Below, piece after piece: positions 48,861 to 62,643 of a DNA stretch of 64,000 nucleotides. The DNA is from the human T2T-CHM13v2.0 reference genome, Homo sapiens, in the NCBI RefSeq assembly GCF_009914755.1, contig NC_060930.1, one strand, 5' to 3'. The notes beneath the pieces are model-generated. The model did no database searches. It had not been told where the DNA came from and worked only from the letters and a program-made list of their open reading frames with translations. The translations under genes were made by a program, and so were the position numbers. Positions within the stretch are counted from its first letter, which is position 1. Each line of letters starts with the position of its first letter.

Positions 48861-50299
48861 AGAAGACCATGTGCAGGGTCTCCCTGCTTCTTTATCTTGG
48901 GAAGTGGGTTGTGTCTACTGCAAACGGCTGGCATCTCAGCCTGCCCACCAAGCCTGGAGAGAGGGACACTGCCTGAAACAGCCAGGCCAAAGGTGGGAGG
49001 TCCACCTGCTTCACATTAACAACGGCACTTCCTATGCAAGATCCTGGTTACCGATTATAATTTATACCTGAGTTTGTTATTTGGGGAAAGCATCAGGAAA
49101 CTCACTGCTGCCTCAGAGAGGAAAGGTACAAAGGCAGGATCATTTGTTTTATTTCTTCCTTCAAAATATTCTTATGAGGCATGTCTTTTATGGCTGCATA
49201 CTCATTATATTTCAAATGCATTCAAGTATCCTTGATGTATTGCTAAGGGTCTGAATGGGGTTTTTTTTCCTCCAAAGCTGTTGTGAAAAAAATATTTATA
49301 GGTGAAATTGGGTGAGCCTATGGAGTAAGCTTTGTTGTCTTCTTTGAAAGCTGTGTTGTGGGGGCTGCTGCTCAGAGATGGGACCTTTCTTGGCTGTATC
49401 AGTATTGGAAAGACCAGGTAGGACAGGCCTTCAGCAAGGGTAAAGGAGAAGGTTGCCTGGACATTGTGATTTGGGCCATGCTATGCCTAGAAAATGTTTC
49501 CCCTAACCCCAGATCCCTAACTCACATAGAGTCACCTCTTAGGTCAAAGCAATGTTTCTCTGAGTTTCCCTCAACATTGGCTTAATGAAGATGAAAGCCA
49601 GTGGATTCCCTGAGGCTGGTAGGAGGATAACCAGGACAGATATCCAGCTGGTTGTTAAAATACTTAAATACTTCCCTACCAGTTGGTAAATGGATGCAGT
49701 CCAGAGCTCCCCAGTTCCTTCCTTGGCTGCTCTCCCAGCTCCTCCCTTGGGGCTCCAGTACTCCCCTCAGTCCAGCTATTAAAGAGTTAATCTCTGGTGT
49801 TGCAAGGGTCCTCCAAGACCCTGCTCCAGTTGTTATTGGTTGCTGCTCCTATTGGTGGTTAAATATTTTGACTACCACTTCCTTCAGATTGCAGCCCAAA
49901 ATGATCCATCTAAAGGCTCTCCTGTTTTAGCTGAGAAATGATAGCAAATTGTATTCTATGCCATAATTTACCCATATTTGTTTTCATATGAAAGCAATGT
50001 TTTAAAATAGTACCTATGAAATAAAAATATTGCTCCAAGAAGATGTACAAAGACCTTTGGTCTTTCCAGCACTTTGCTGGGTACCTTCCGCCCCAGGTAG
50101 TTGGGCAATTCAGTCTGAGAATCAAAGATGTAAAGATCTAAAGTGCTGTCATCAAAACATAATGGCACAGTTTTGAATATGACACTTAAAGGGCAAAAGC
50201 CAACCCTCGGTCTGCGGTCTGTACCCAAACTTTCGTTTTGGCAAAACCCAACTCCTACTCCCTGCCAGCTGCTCTGCTTCCTAGTCCCACTGCCCTGAC

Positions 50300-50660
50300 C
50301 TAACAGGGGCATTTTCCAACCTTCAAATCTTCTCATGCCTTTCCATCTCTAGGCCTTTGCTCCTGCTGTCTTTGTCCATGGGGTTGCTCAGCTTTCAAAG
50401 TCATGCTCAAAGCTACATCATCCCCCTCCAGAGCAGACCCCCAGGCTGCTGTAATCTCTCGCTCTTCCTTATTTGTTTTTGTCTTACCTATCCTGTGATT
50501 CACATCCCTTTCTATCCAGCATGCTAGGTATTTACATTCATCTTTCAAGCTTGACTATGGCCGCCTTGAGGGAGGGACCTTATGTCGTTGATGTTTTTAC
50601 TCTGCACTGCATCTAGACATGAAGCAAGCAAGCAGAAAATGTTTATTCACTAACTGAAGT
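50300..50660 (+). mobile_element. L2 3' fragment
   Basis: AGGCCTTTGCTCCTGCTG...CTTGAGGGAGGGACC...AAATGTTTATT. Confidence 0.65.
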
Positions 50661-50671
50661 ATGGCAGTGAC

Positions 50672-51675
50672 TTTTTAATTTTTTAATTTTTATATATTTA
50701 GGGGTTACAAGTGCAGACTTCTTACATGCGTGTATTGTATATTGGTGAAGTCTGGGCTTTTAGTGTACTCATCACCTGAATTGTGAACATTGTACCCAAC
50801 AGGTAATTTTTCAACCCTCACCCCCTCCCATCTTCCCATATTTTGGGGTCTCCAATGTCTAGCATTCTACTCTGTATGTCCATGTGTGCCCATTGTTTAG
50901 CTCTCACTCATAAGTGAGAACATGCAGTATTTGACTTTCTGTTTCTCAGTTATTTCATTAGGATAATGGCTTCCAGTACCATCCATATTGCTGCAAAATA
51001 CATGATTTCATTCATTCTTATGGATGAGTAATACTCCATGTTATATATATATACCACATTTTCTTCATCTAAACCTCTGTTAATTCATACTTAGGTTGAT
51101 TCCACATCTTTGCTACTGTGAATACCATTGCAATAAACATACAAGTGAAGGTATCTTTTTGATATAATTATTTCTTTTACTTTGGGTTTATACCCAGTAG
51201 TGAGATGCTAGATTGAATGGTAGTTCTATTTTTAGTTCTTTGAGAAATCTCCATACTGTTTCCCATAAAGGTTGTACTAATTCATGCTCCTACCAACAGT
51301 GTATAAATAAGCATTCCCTTTTCTCTGAATTCTCACCAACATCTGTTGTTTTTTATCTTTTTAGTAATAGCCATTCTGACTTGTATATCATGGTATCTTG
51401 TGGTTTTCATTTGCATTTCTCTGATGATTAGTGATGTTGAGCATTTGTCATATGTTTGTTGGTCACTTATATATCTTTTGAAAAATGTTCATGTCCTTTG
51501 CCTACTTTTTAATAGGGTTCTTTGTTTTTATCTTGTTGAGTTGTTTGAGTTCCTTGTAGATTCTGGATATTAGCCCTTTGTTGGATGCACACTTTGCAAA
51601 TATTTTTTCCCATTCTGTAGGTTACTTGTTTACTCTGTTGATTGTTTATTTTTCTGTGCAGAAGCTTTTAATTAT
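50672..51675 (-). mobile_element. L1PB-type 3' 1 kb, 5'-truncated
   Basis: GGGGTTACAAGTGCAG...GGTGAAGTCTGGGCTTTTAGTGTA...TGTACCCAACAGGTAATTTTTCAACCCTCACCCC. Confidence 0.93.
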
Positions 51676-51869
51676 ATTCATTTTTATACCTTGATATTGG
51701 TTAATTACATTTCCATCTGATGAAACAGGAGGAATAGAACATGGGATAGGCCACTTTGATGGAAAATACAGGATAAGGTTTAGACAAAGGCAGGACTCCA
51801 AACCACCATAAGCCAGCACATAGTTAAGGATGTAAAGGACAAATTCCATGCATATTATAGGTTTCAAAG

Positions 51870-52080
51870 GGCCAGAGAGTCATAAGTACAGACCCTAGAG
51901 TCACACTGGCTTCCAAACCTGGCTGTGCTACTCTGTGACCTAGAGATGGTTCTTAACTCTCTGTGGTTCAGTTTTCTCACCTGTAAAATGGGACTGATAA
52001 TTGTGTCTACCACACTAATTTCTTTGAGAGGATTAATGAGTTAATACACACAAATCGTTGAGGATAGTGGCTGGCTGATT
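51870..52080 (+). mobile_element. MIR SINE
   Basis: TCAGTTTTCTCACCTGTAAAATGGGA...GAGGATTAATGAGTTAATACA. Confidence 0.88.
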
Positions 52081-53349
52081 GTGATCCAAATCTCAGTACA
52101 GCCTAGGTAAGTCGGGTCTCCCATGTTTTAGTCCCTTTTTCCTTCATGATACAGAGACTATGACAGTCACCCAATTCCATTTTCTTCCACCTCCAGACCA
52201 GTGTGTATGTCAACTTTAGCATATTTTTAACATTCTCAGGTTAAGCACGTTGGACCTGTAGCCTTGGGAAGCCAGGTTTATACACTGTGTAGGAGGTTAA
52301 CAAAAAAACAGCCACATAAAAGACAAAGTAGAATACATGTTCCAATGCCTACCTCCACTGAAATTTCTTTTGCTCTGCCAGAAAGTGGTCTTTTCACTTT
52401 TGTAATGATACTCAACATTTTTGACAATTAAAGGTCAATTCAATTAAGTAAACTTTCTATTGTAAAGGGAAGAAAAGAAGGAAGGGGGTGAAGGAGTAGG
52501 GGAAAAGAAATAAATGAAAGAAAAAGGTGGTTTTAGCAAAAAGCTGGCAGTCATTCATAATTCAGTGTGAATTTGTTAAGTTAGATTGCCTTTCTGACAT
52601 GTATCTGATATTGATCCACTTTGGAAAACAGAGATGTGGGTGGATTAGGATTTTAAATGGGAAAAGGCCATTTCAGAGCATGTCGAGGAAGGATGGGGCT
52701 GGGTGGAATATCCAGAGCAGAATGACACGGTGGGAATGGGTGAGGGGTGCACCCAGCATCCAAAAAGCAAACTCAGCCAGCTGAGTCCAAGAAGTAGGTA
52801 AGGGCAGGGAACAAAAGAAAGATCAGAAAGAAACTCTGAAGAAATATTTTATATCTTGAAATGTAGCCTAGTGGAGGCTTTGGAAACAAATGTGAGGCAG
52901 ATGTTCCGCCTAAAGCAATCTAGCACTTCTAGCTGCAGTTAGTTGGTGATGCTGTTCCATCTCCAGGATGCTTTATCAGGAGGGATCAGAAAGCTGGCTG
53001 TTGGATGTCTGCCCGTCCCACTCCTGCCCTTACCCTATTATGAAGGGAACAGTATTCTCTCTGTGGTCCCCAGAGCTTGTTCACCATGCAAGCACTGTGG
53101 GAAGTTGCCTCAAATTCCACTATCTCTTCATCACCCCTCTCCCTCTTCCCTATGAAAATGGGACAGTTCTAACTCCTTCTCCATTTCAGCAGAGAAAACA
53201 TTTTTCTCAGCCAGTCTTGGTAGCACAAAGGCAGTCACTAGACTAAATTTATCATTTATTACCCCCAACTTCAGCCATCACCATCCATTTTATTTTTTTT
53301 AGTAAAGGCAGCTTAATGGGTTTAGACAGATGATAATTCATCAGAAAAT

Positions 53350-53520
53350 CAAAGAACTGGAAGGGCCCTAAAAGAATATCTAGTTGCACCCACTCACTTG
53401 ACAGATAATGAAGCCAAGACTCAGAGAAGGGCATGACTCCCCCAAGGTCAACAGCAAGTTGAGGGTGGAGCTACATCAAGAGCCCAAGACTGCTGGCTAC
53501 CAGCTCTCTTCCCCCAGCCT
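53350..53520 (-). mobile_element. MIR3/MIRc-like fragment
   Basis: GAACTGGAAGGGCCCTA...ACAGAT...CTCAGAGAAGGG..TGACTCCCCCAAGGTCA. Confidence 0.7.
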
Positions 53521-53523
53521 CTC

Positions 53524-53869
53524 TGTATTAGTTTGTTTTCACACTGCTGATAAAGACATACCTGAGACTGGGCAATTTACAAAAGAAAGAGGTTTAACTG
53601 GACTTACAGTTCCACGTGGCTGGGGAAGCCTCACAATCATGGTGGAAGGCAAGGTGGAGCAAGTCACATCTTATGTGGATGGTGGCACAGGAAAAGAGAG
53701 AGAGCTTGTGCAGGGGAACTCCTCTTTTTAAAACCATCAGATCTCATGAGACTTATTCACTATCAGGAAAGACCTGTCACCATGATTCAATTACCTCCCA
53801 CTGGGTCCCTCCCACCACATGGGGGAATTCAAGATGAGATTTGGGTGGGGAGAAGGCCAAACCATATCA
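53524..53869 (-). mobile_element. THE1A/B MaLR solo LTR, full length
   Basis: TGTATTAGT..GTTTTCACACTGCTGATAAAGACATACC...GGAATTCAAGATGAGATTTGGGTGGGG...CCAAACCATATCA; TSD CTCTC / CCCTC. Confidence 0.95.
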
Positions 53870-54042
53870 CCCTCAATCACTGACTTTTGTTGTAGGGTGG
53901 TGAGCCCTATCTAGGACTGGATTGGAGTGTCTACCTGTGATCTGTGATTTATGGGGATCCTGAAGGGTCCTGTCTCCCCAGCTGCTGCTATGTGGGTATA
54001 AGACACCATGCTAGACTCTGTGAGGAAACCCCTTGGTGGCCT

Positions 54043-54590
54043 ATGTCCTTAAGCATCAGAGGATGCTTTGGGCTGCAAGTAACAGAGACCTTCACCTTAG
54101 CTGGCTTCAACCAGGAAGGTTAATGATCTGGCACCACAGGGCGCCCAGAGTAGGGGGACTGCCAAAGTTGGTACACTTAGTGGCTCAATCTGTTATCCCA
54201 GGCTGTCTGTGTCTTTTTGATTCACATCATCAGCATGTTGGTGAGCTCCCCTCCTAATCATAAGACAACTGCTGCAGTTCAAGGGCTCACTTCAAGACAT
54301 AAAGTCACACCACAGAAGATGAGCCATTTCCTCCCGGTTGTCCTTTTTGTTAGTGAAGAACATTTTCTCCAAAGCCTCCCAGAAGAATTCTTTCCTCTCA
54401 TTGGTCAAGATTCGGCCACATGTCACTTTCTTCACCAATGACGGGCAAGGGAAATGGGGTTACCAGAATTGACTTAAATTGAGATTTACCCTAGAGTCTT
54501 GGGGAGAGGTGGACACTCAAACAAACTCAGGGTTCTGCCAGCAAGAAGAAGGGAATGGCAGGGGGCAGGCACTCAACAGTACCTGCCACA
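54043..54590 (-). mobile_element. MLT1K/L-like solo LTR
   Basis: GGATGCTTTGGGCTGCAAGTAACAGA...TCTCATTGG...CAGGGTTCTG..AGCAAGAAGAAGGG...CTGCCACA. Confidence 0.8.
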
Positions 54591-54609
54591 TATCATCACC
54601 ATCTGAGAA

Positions 54610-54860
54610 GAAGTGTAGTGTTCAGAGCAGACTCTGGAGCTAGTCTGGCTAAGTTCAAATTCTTGCTCTGCTGCTTTCTAGCTGCATGACCTAAGAAAAT
54701 TATTTTGTCTCTCTGTGAATCAAATTATTTGAAGAATATAATATAATCTACCTCTTGGTGCTATAAAAACTATGTAAGGTAATATATGTAAACCGTGCAA
54801 ATATATGTAATATGTAAGAGGCCAGCCCACATAAATATTATATAGGGGTAGCTGTTGCTA
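54610..54860 (+). mobile_element. MIR SINE
   Basis: AGAGCAGACTCTGGAGC...GTTCAAAT...CTAGCTGCATGACC. Confidence 0.8.
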
Positions 54861-54929
54861 GCTGCTTCCTGACTCCCTTCCCATCCTACATGAACACACA
54901 CTCATGTTCACAACCCATATGCCCAACAT

Positions 54930-55830
54930 CACTGCTACAGGAGCCTCATCATTATTCCAGAACTGACCTGCATTTTTCAAATCTTGAGACTTCACATATG
55001 CTGGCCTTCCACTTGTAAAGATAAACTTCCCACCATCTTCCCCATTGACATTTAAGAGCCAGCTCAACACCACCTCCTCCATAAACTTTTCCTGATCCCT
55101 TCTAGTTGGCATCAATCTCTTTCCACTCCACCCTCAAACTCCCCGAACCCTCAGTGTCTCCACTTGGGCTCCTGTGCATCCTGCCTTGCTGTGTGGTTCT
55201 GAGTGAGTGTGTTGGTCTCCTAGGCTGGGATCCCCTTTAGGGCAGGAGGTTAAAGACTAGGTCAAGAGTCTCTTTAGGAAATAACTCAGTACCCTGCATA
55301 CAACATCATCTTAGTAAAAGTTTATCAAATCACATAGAATTGAATAAAAATATACAGTCTCCGCCTTCAAGGAGTCTAGTTGAGGAACAGGACAGATACA
55401 TGTAAGACAATTGGCCATGTAAGCATTAGAACATCAGCACCCCCTACAGACCTGGTTCTCCAGCCACACCAAGCTTCCTGCCATTCCCTTACACCTGCTT
55501 GCCTTTGCACATGCTGTTCCTTCTTCCTCCAAGTTCCCTCTTTGCTCCCAGAATCTTTTTATAGCTGACACAGTCCTACTCACCCTTTCAGCCTCTACTC
55601 CATCATTGCCTCCTCTGTGAAGCCCCTTGTAGTGATGCTGCTGCCCACTGTGATTCTTCTCTGTTTATTATACCACTCACATACTCCACTTCTGCCTCCT
55701 CCAGCCTGGGTGCTCCTGGAGAGTTAGGACTAGGTCTTTCCATCTCAGCATCCCCCAGCCCAGTGCAGAGCTTGGCATGTAGCAGATGCTCCATGCCAAC
55801 ATACCATGTTTGTGGAGTGAATAAGCAGAT
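54930..55830 (+). mobile_element. L2 3' fragments
   Basis: CAGCTCAACACCACCTCCTCCA; GCCTTTGCACATGCTGTTCC; CTTGGCATGTAGCAGATGCTC. Confidence 0.7.
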
Positions 55831-56681
55831 GAGATTGCAGGCAGCCTGTGAGCACTCCTGGGGATTTATATTAGCTCTCTTTTGTCCCTTTCTCAGAACA
55901 GAATCCCTGGGACCCTGGTAACAATTTAACAACAGGCTGTGTCTTCAGGAGGAAAGCCAGTCGGGAAAGCCGAAGAGTGGGAGCCACACTGGTTGAAGAT
56001 GCCGGGCATCCCAGCCTAGGAGATAAAAATATAATTAGTGTAATCCTGAGAGCAGTGTGACAACACCTGCCTGGTACTTGCCTCTGGAAGGAAAGCTGCA
56101 GAGAGAATAGGCACAGCAGAGTGGGGGTTATACTCCTCTATGTCAAGTGGCCAGACTGGAATGCAAAGAACACAGCATTCTTCTAAGAAGGGTCCACCAA
56201 CAGGCACGGCCATGCAAGCACTGCATATCCCCCAGGATTCTGGCATGTGTTCCCAAGAACAATGTCTGCAGTGCACTCTTGCATTTGTCGCTGTTGGCTT
56301 TCCATTGTAATACAGTGCCATACCTTACAGTTTCCTGAGCCCTTTCCCGTGTTACTTCAACTAAGCCTTATATCAGCTCTGCAGGGACGATCCTGCCTAT
56401 ATTCCAGATGGGGAAACCTACTCTCAGAGAGATCAAAGGCCTTACCCGATCGCACACTGCTAGTAAGAGTGGGGGCTCTGGATCCAAGCCCAGCGCTTGC
56501 ATGATCTGGTTTGGCTGGAAGGAAATTTGACAACGGGAGATTTCTTTCCGTTTTCAGGTGAGACACTGGTTTGCCCCCAGCATCCATGGTCTTGTGGGCC
56601 ACTATTCTTCTGTGGGTCTTTATGTGTTGAGGTTGGGGGGAGTGGAGAATAGGGATATAGGGAATAGGGATGGAGGGGAGG

Positions 56682-57284
56682 TTGTGTTGTGTATGCATAT
56701 GTGTATGTCTGATGTGTATATATGTGTGTATGTGTATATATAATGTGTGTCTATGTGCATGTGTATATCTGTACATGTGTCTGTATGTGTCTGTGTGTTT
56801 GTGTGTATGTGTGGATATGGATGTGTATGTTTGTGTGTATATGTGTATGTGTATATGTACGCATGTGAATGTATGTGTCTGTGTCTGCATGTGCATGTGT
56901 GCCTGTCTGTATATGTGTGTCTGTGGGTTTCCTTGTATATGTGTATATATGTGTATGTGTATATGTATGCATGTGTATGTATATGTCTGTGTTTGTGTGT
57001 GTCTGTGTGTGTATTTGTGTGTATGTGTAATTGTGTACATGTGTATATGTGTGTGTATGTGTCAGTGTCTGTGTGTGTCTATGTTTGTCTGTGTATATAT
57101 CTGTATATGTGTGTCCGTGGGTATCCGAGTGTGTGTGTGTCGTATGTGTCTGGGTGTATGTGTCAGTGTCCGTGTCTGTTATCTGTGTGTATGTCTATAT
57201 ATGTGTGTCTGTGGCTGACCACGTGTGTGTGTATTTGTGTGTGTTTGTATACGTATGTATGTATATGTCTGAGCTTGTGTGTGT
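56682..57284 (+). repeat. About 600 bp degenerate (TG/TA)n alternating purine-pyrimidine tract
   Basis: Continuous TGTGTATATGTG-type sequence; source of the Cys/Val- and His/Thr-rich pseudo-ORFs. Confidence 0.95.
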
Positions 57285-58494
57285 TAGGCCCAGAGAGAGC
57301 TGAGAGCATCCCTCATGCAGTGAGCATGTTCCCTGGGACAGTGATGGATTCTCTCCAATTGCCCTGAATGTCATAATTCCCCCAAGTGCATGCTCAGGGC
57401 AGTGGTATTTTTAAAACCCATTCATATGTCTGTTCTGCACATTGCCCGGCCCTCTCCAAATGGAAAGGTGGGGCTGGAGCTACAGCTGTGCTGATATTTT
57501 CCATCACCCTGTCACCCAAGTTGTCTTCCCCACTGAGAAATAGAGGGCTTCTCCTTATTTCCCCAGGGACCACAGTTTCAGCAGAAGACCCCACAACCCA
57601 CCCCTTTTACCCTCATATTCTCTTCCTTGTTCAGAGGGGGGCCTCAATGCACAGGACTTCTCAGTGTCCCCCGACCAGCTTCTGAGCTGGCTCAGGCAAC
57701 AGAAATGTGGTTTCTGGGTGGCTCCCGTTGGATCGGTGTCTCCTGAAGCAAGTCACCTAGCACCAAGGACTGTCATATCCTCATCTGTAAAGTCAGGATC
57801 ATGGTGCCTCCTGAGAGGATGAAGTGTGGGAATGCTTTGGAGATTGTAGCAGGCCCTGTACCTTGGCCGTTATTACCACAGCAGCCTCTGGCAGCCATCA
57901 GCACCATCCAGAAGCCAGAGGCCCCACTTCCACCTCCCTGACTCTACTCTGCTTTCCTTCCAGATCTAACGACAAGCTCTCTGGCCCATCAGGGTCTCCT
58001 CTGTGGTGTCTCCACCAGCCTCTGTTGGCCTTCACCACTTCTGTCTGAACTACCAAGTGCTCCAGCCCTTCCTGAGCCAAAAGGTTGTCTTCTGTTTAGA
58101 AGCATTTTGATTTAGAAGGTGCCTTGGACTCAAACCATGGTCTTGTGAGCCACCAGGACTTATTCTTCTGTGTTTCTGTGTGTGTGTATGTGTGTGCATG
58201 CGTGCACACGCATGCATGTGTAGGGGCACGTAGAGGTGTTAAGGATGTTGTAGCATGTATGAGGGGGTATGTGGAGATGTTGGGCATGTTGCAGTATGTA
58301 TGCTGTAGTGGGGGTATGCAGGTGTGCAGTGGCCTCTTTGCCCTAAAAGAAGCCAGGGGCTCCTGAGTCCCCCCGATGCAGGTGGAACAGTCCTGCTTTC
58401 CAAGGTTTTCTACCTGGGGATGATTCCCTGAACTCCCTGAGATAGCCATGTGAGTTGGGCTCAAAAGGTGCTCCTGGGATGGGTACTTTAGACC

Positions 58495-58655
58495 CCTGCT
58501 ACTCAAAATCTTGCTCCAGGAGCAGAAGCATAGATACTACTGGAAGGTTTGTTAGAAAAGAAGTCTCATACCCTAGCCTGGAACTACTAAATCTGTCTGC
58601 ATTTTAACCAGATCCCCAGGTGATCCGATGCATTGGAAAGTGTGAGAAGGCCTGG
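58495..58655. mobile_element. MER5A-like element
   Basis: CTGCTACTCAAA...TCTGCATTTTAACCAGATCCCCAGGTGAT...AAAGTGTGAGAAG. Confidence 0.8.
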
Positions 58656-58959
58656 GCGGGGATAGGAGGATGAACCTGCAACAGGAAGGATATTGGCTCA
58701 GCATAGGGAGGAATTCTTGCCCACTGAGTGTGTGAGGTAATGGGCTGGGTGACTAAGAGAGGCAGGAGGGAAGGTCAAAGGAGACATTTTTCAGTAAAGG
58801 CTGGGATTGGCCAGTGACTTAGGAGGGGACAGAGCTGGTTGTCCCAGACCCTGATCCAGCCCAGCGTCTCCACTTCATTGTGTTGGGTGGGCTGGAAACT
58901 GGGCCCCCAGCAGGCCACAGCCTTGTGATTCTCCACCAGTGAGACACCACTGGCGTTGT

Positions 58960-59227
58960 GTGGCTTTGTATCAGGATGATACTGGCCTCACAGGATGAGT
59001 TAGGAATTGTTTCTCCTCTATGTTTTTGGAAGAATTTGAAAAGGATTGGTGTTCATTCTTCAAATGTTTGCTAGAATTCATCAATGAAGCTGTCTGGTCA
59101 TGCACTTTTGTTTGTTGGAAGGTTTTTTATTACTAATTTAGTCTCTTTATTTGTATAGATCTGTTCAGATTTTCTATTTAATCTCTAGCCAGTTTTAGTA
59201 ATTTGTGACTTTCTAGGAATTTGTCTG
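58960..59227 (-). mobile_element. L1M ORF2 internal fragment
   Basis: TATCAGGATGATACTGGCCTCA..GGATGAGTTAGG...TAGAATTCA...TCTGTTCAGATTTTCTATTT. Confidence 0.85.
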
Positions 59228-59714
59228 CTGTAAGCATTATGGCCTGGGAACCAAGCTTGCCTTCCCTAAGCAGATCATTATGGGTGGGTAGTTCCTAGGG
59301 TTCCTGCTGCCAGGTTGGGCAGTTCTCAGGAGTTCACCTGTGCCTGGTCCTGTCCTCAGATCCCTGAGTCTGGTCTCTTCATTTGACCCAAGTGCAACTG
59401 TGCTAACAAACCTGCTCTGGCCACAAGAGTTTCCTGCCTAGATCCACACCGCTGTTATCTTGCTGGTGGACTAGAGCCAGCTTGCAGGTGAGGTAGAAAC
59501 CTCAGCAAAGTCAACTGCAATCTCTCAAGTCCTGCTCTGCACCCTGGATCCTGAATCCTGCCCTTGAATGTGGACTGAACATTTCTGATCATTCTGTAAG
59601 TGATCAAATAAGAACTTTCCCAGGTGTTCAAAAACTGAGGATATTTTCAGTAGACTCCTCATGACTCAAGTTGTCATAGTAAAAGCTTTTTTGGTTAAGA
59701 TTAAAAGAAATCCA

Positions 59715-60050
59715 CTATATTAGGCAGGAGACTCAGCTTGAGGACAAATAAACCTTGAAATCTCAGTGGCCAAATGCAAAAAGCTTGATTTCTCTCTCAC
59801 GTGAAGCCCCAGAAGGGTGGCACAGTCCTCCTCAGCAGCTCTCCCTCCACTGAGATTGGGGATCTGGGTTGTGCATTCCTGAGTTCCTCACTCACAGCCA
59901 CAGGATGAGGGGGGAGTGCGTGAAGCACAGTCACTGGGTGTTAGCTGCCTGGGACTGGAAGTGACACATCCCATCTTCTCATGTCATTGGGGAGTATCCA
60001 GTTAGCTGGGCTCACTCTAATGACAAAGTGCGATCTTCCTGGAAGTTAAG
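59715..60050 (-). mobile_element. Old MLT1 (I/J-like) LTR
   Basis: AAATCTCAGTGGC...ATTTCTCTCTCAC...CTGGAAGTGACACA. Confidence 0.55.
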
Positions 60051-60216
60051 CTTCCAGACCACTTTAGACAAAATAGAATCAGGAAGTTACAGGGAGGTCC
60101 ACATGAGAGTCAGGGCAAGAAATCCAGGCAGCCTCCCAGGACCAGGAATAGGCACTGGGGAGAATTCAGATTCAAGGAAGTTCCTCTTGGGCATCACAGG
60201 TCACTCTTCTCTACTT

Positions 60217-60310
60217 TGGGTGACCAGCTGATTCTGGGTTGCCTGAGATGTTCTGATTTTAGCGCTGAAAGTCTTGCGTCTTGAGCAAGCTAAAATAGTT
60301 GGTTGTTCTA
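60217..60310. mobile_element. MER94/MER81-like hAT-Blackjack fragment
   Basis: GGGTGACCA...TTGCCTG...TTTTAGCGCTGAAAGTC. Confidence 0.6.
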
Positions 60311-60798
60311 TCATCACTTCTCTTTACCTATTGGCTTCAGTTTTGTTGTTTTTTTTTTTTCTCCCTCCTGGCTGAATTCCTTTATCTCTATGCATGTGGC
60401 ATAAAGTCTCTATCCCAGCCTGGGAAGCTGCCAACCTCAGTACCTCCAACCACCTAACTAATGCACTTCCTCAATACTAGCTCCAAATTTTCAGGAAGGA
60501 CAAATTGATTATTCTGTCTCAGGTCTCACACCCACCCAAGTAGAATAATCATGGCCACCTGGGCCTATCCCTTTAAGTGAAGAGGAAGAAGCAGAAAAAG
60601 CAGAGAGGGTCAACAGACACCCCAAGTTCATGTTATTGCATGGCCTATCAAGAACTTTCCATTTTAACTACACAGAAGACAAAAATAGAAGAGGACTATA
60701 TTTACCCCGCCAAAGGACAGTGAACCTGGGATAAGAGCTGAGCTCCAGCCCCTCCCCTGAAGCCCCCCACACACAGAATTCATACATATTGTCAGCTA

Positions 60799-61369
60799 CG
60801 GTGGTAGGCAGAAATGTAAGATGTCCCCCCACGTTCCCAGCCCTGTGTTCACCCCCCTCTCCTTGAGTGTTGACAGGACCTGGGAATATGCTGGGATGGT
60901 CCCTCTAGTGATTAGATTACATTATATGGCAAAAGTGGTCACATACTCACTTTCACAATTATTGTATAAGACACTCATTGCCAACTAGAGAGAGATTCTC
61001 CTGCCGGCCTTGAAGGAGCAAGCTGCCATATCGTGAGAGGCCCACTGGCCAGGACCTGGGGTCAGCCTCCAGGAGCTGAGAGTGGCCTACAACTAACAGC
61101 CAAGAGGAAAATGGGACTCTCAGTTGTAAGAACACCAGGAACTGAATTATGCCAACAACATGAAAAGGCTTGGCAGAGGACCTGAGTCTCAGATGGGATT
61201 GCAGCCCCAACTGACATCTTGATTTCAGCCCAATGAAACCCTAAACTGAAAATGGAGCTATGCCGTTCTTGGACTTCTGACTTACAGAAGCTTTGAGATA
61301 ATAAGTTCATGTTGGTTTTAGCCACTAAATTTGTGATAATGTGTTACATGTGCATAGAAAACTAATACA
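60799..61369 (+). mobile_element. MLT1E-like solo LTR
   Basis: GTGGTAGGCAGAA...TCTCCTTGAGTGT...GGCCTTGAAG.AGCAAGCTGCCAT...ATAGAAAACTAATACA. Confidence 0.88.
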
Positions 61370-61654
61370 TCTAACAGGAAAAAATCATAGGGGCATTAGG
61401 CAAGCCCAGGAAAGTAAGTTTCAAATGTTCAATCTTAAATCCAGTGTCCACATGCACAAAATATTAAATCAGCTTTACTCCAGAGTCCAGCTTTCCTGGG
61501 CCACCCACATTTCTCACCACCCAATCCTCGCCGTTTGGGGCTGCGGCAAGGAGAGCTGTTCCCCTCCATGGGGGCTGGCCTGTGTCATCAAAAAGGAAGC
61601 AGCAGCCATCCCCCAAGGAAAAGGAAGAGTGTAACACTGGTTTCCCTTTAAACA

Positions 61655-62495
<841 letters not shown>

Positions 62496-62643
62496 TAGAT
62501 TAAACACCCCTAGATTTTTTTATCTACCGTCTGAGAAACTGATGCAAGCCAGCCAGGCTTAGAGCTCACCATCTAAGTAAAGCTTTCCATAGGCCTGCAG
62601 AACTGTCAACAGACACATAGTGGTTTTCCGCAAAGGGCTGATG

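Noticed and set aside
56357-57367. Long ORFs (182-227 aa) rich in Cys/Val or His/Thr
   Set aside because: Translations of the degenerate TG/TA repeat on both strands.
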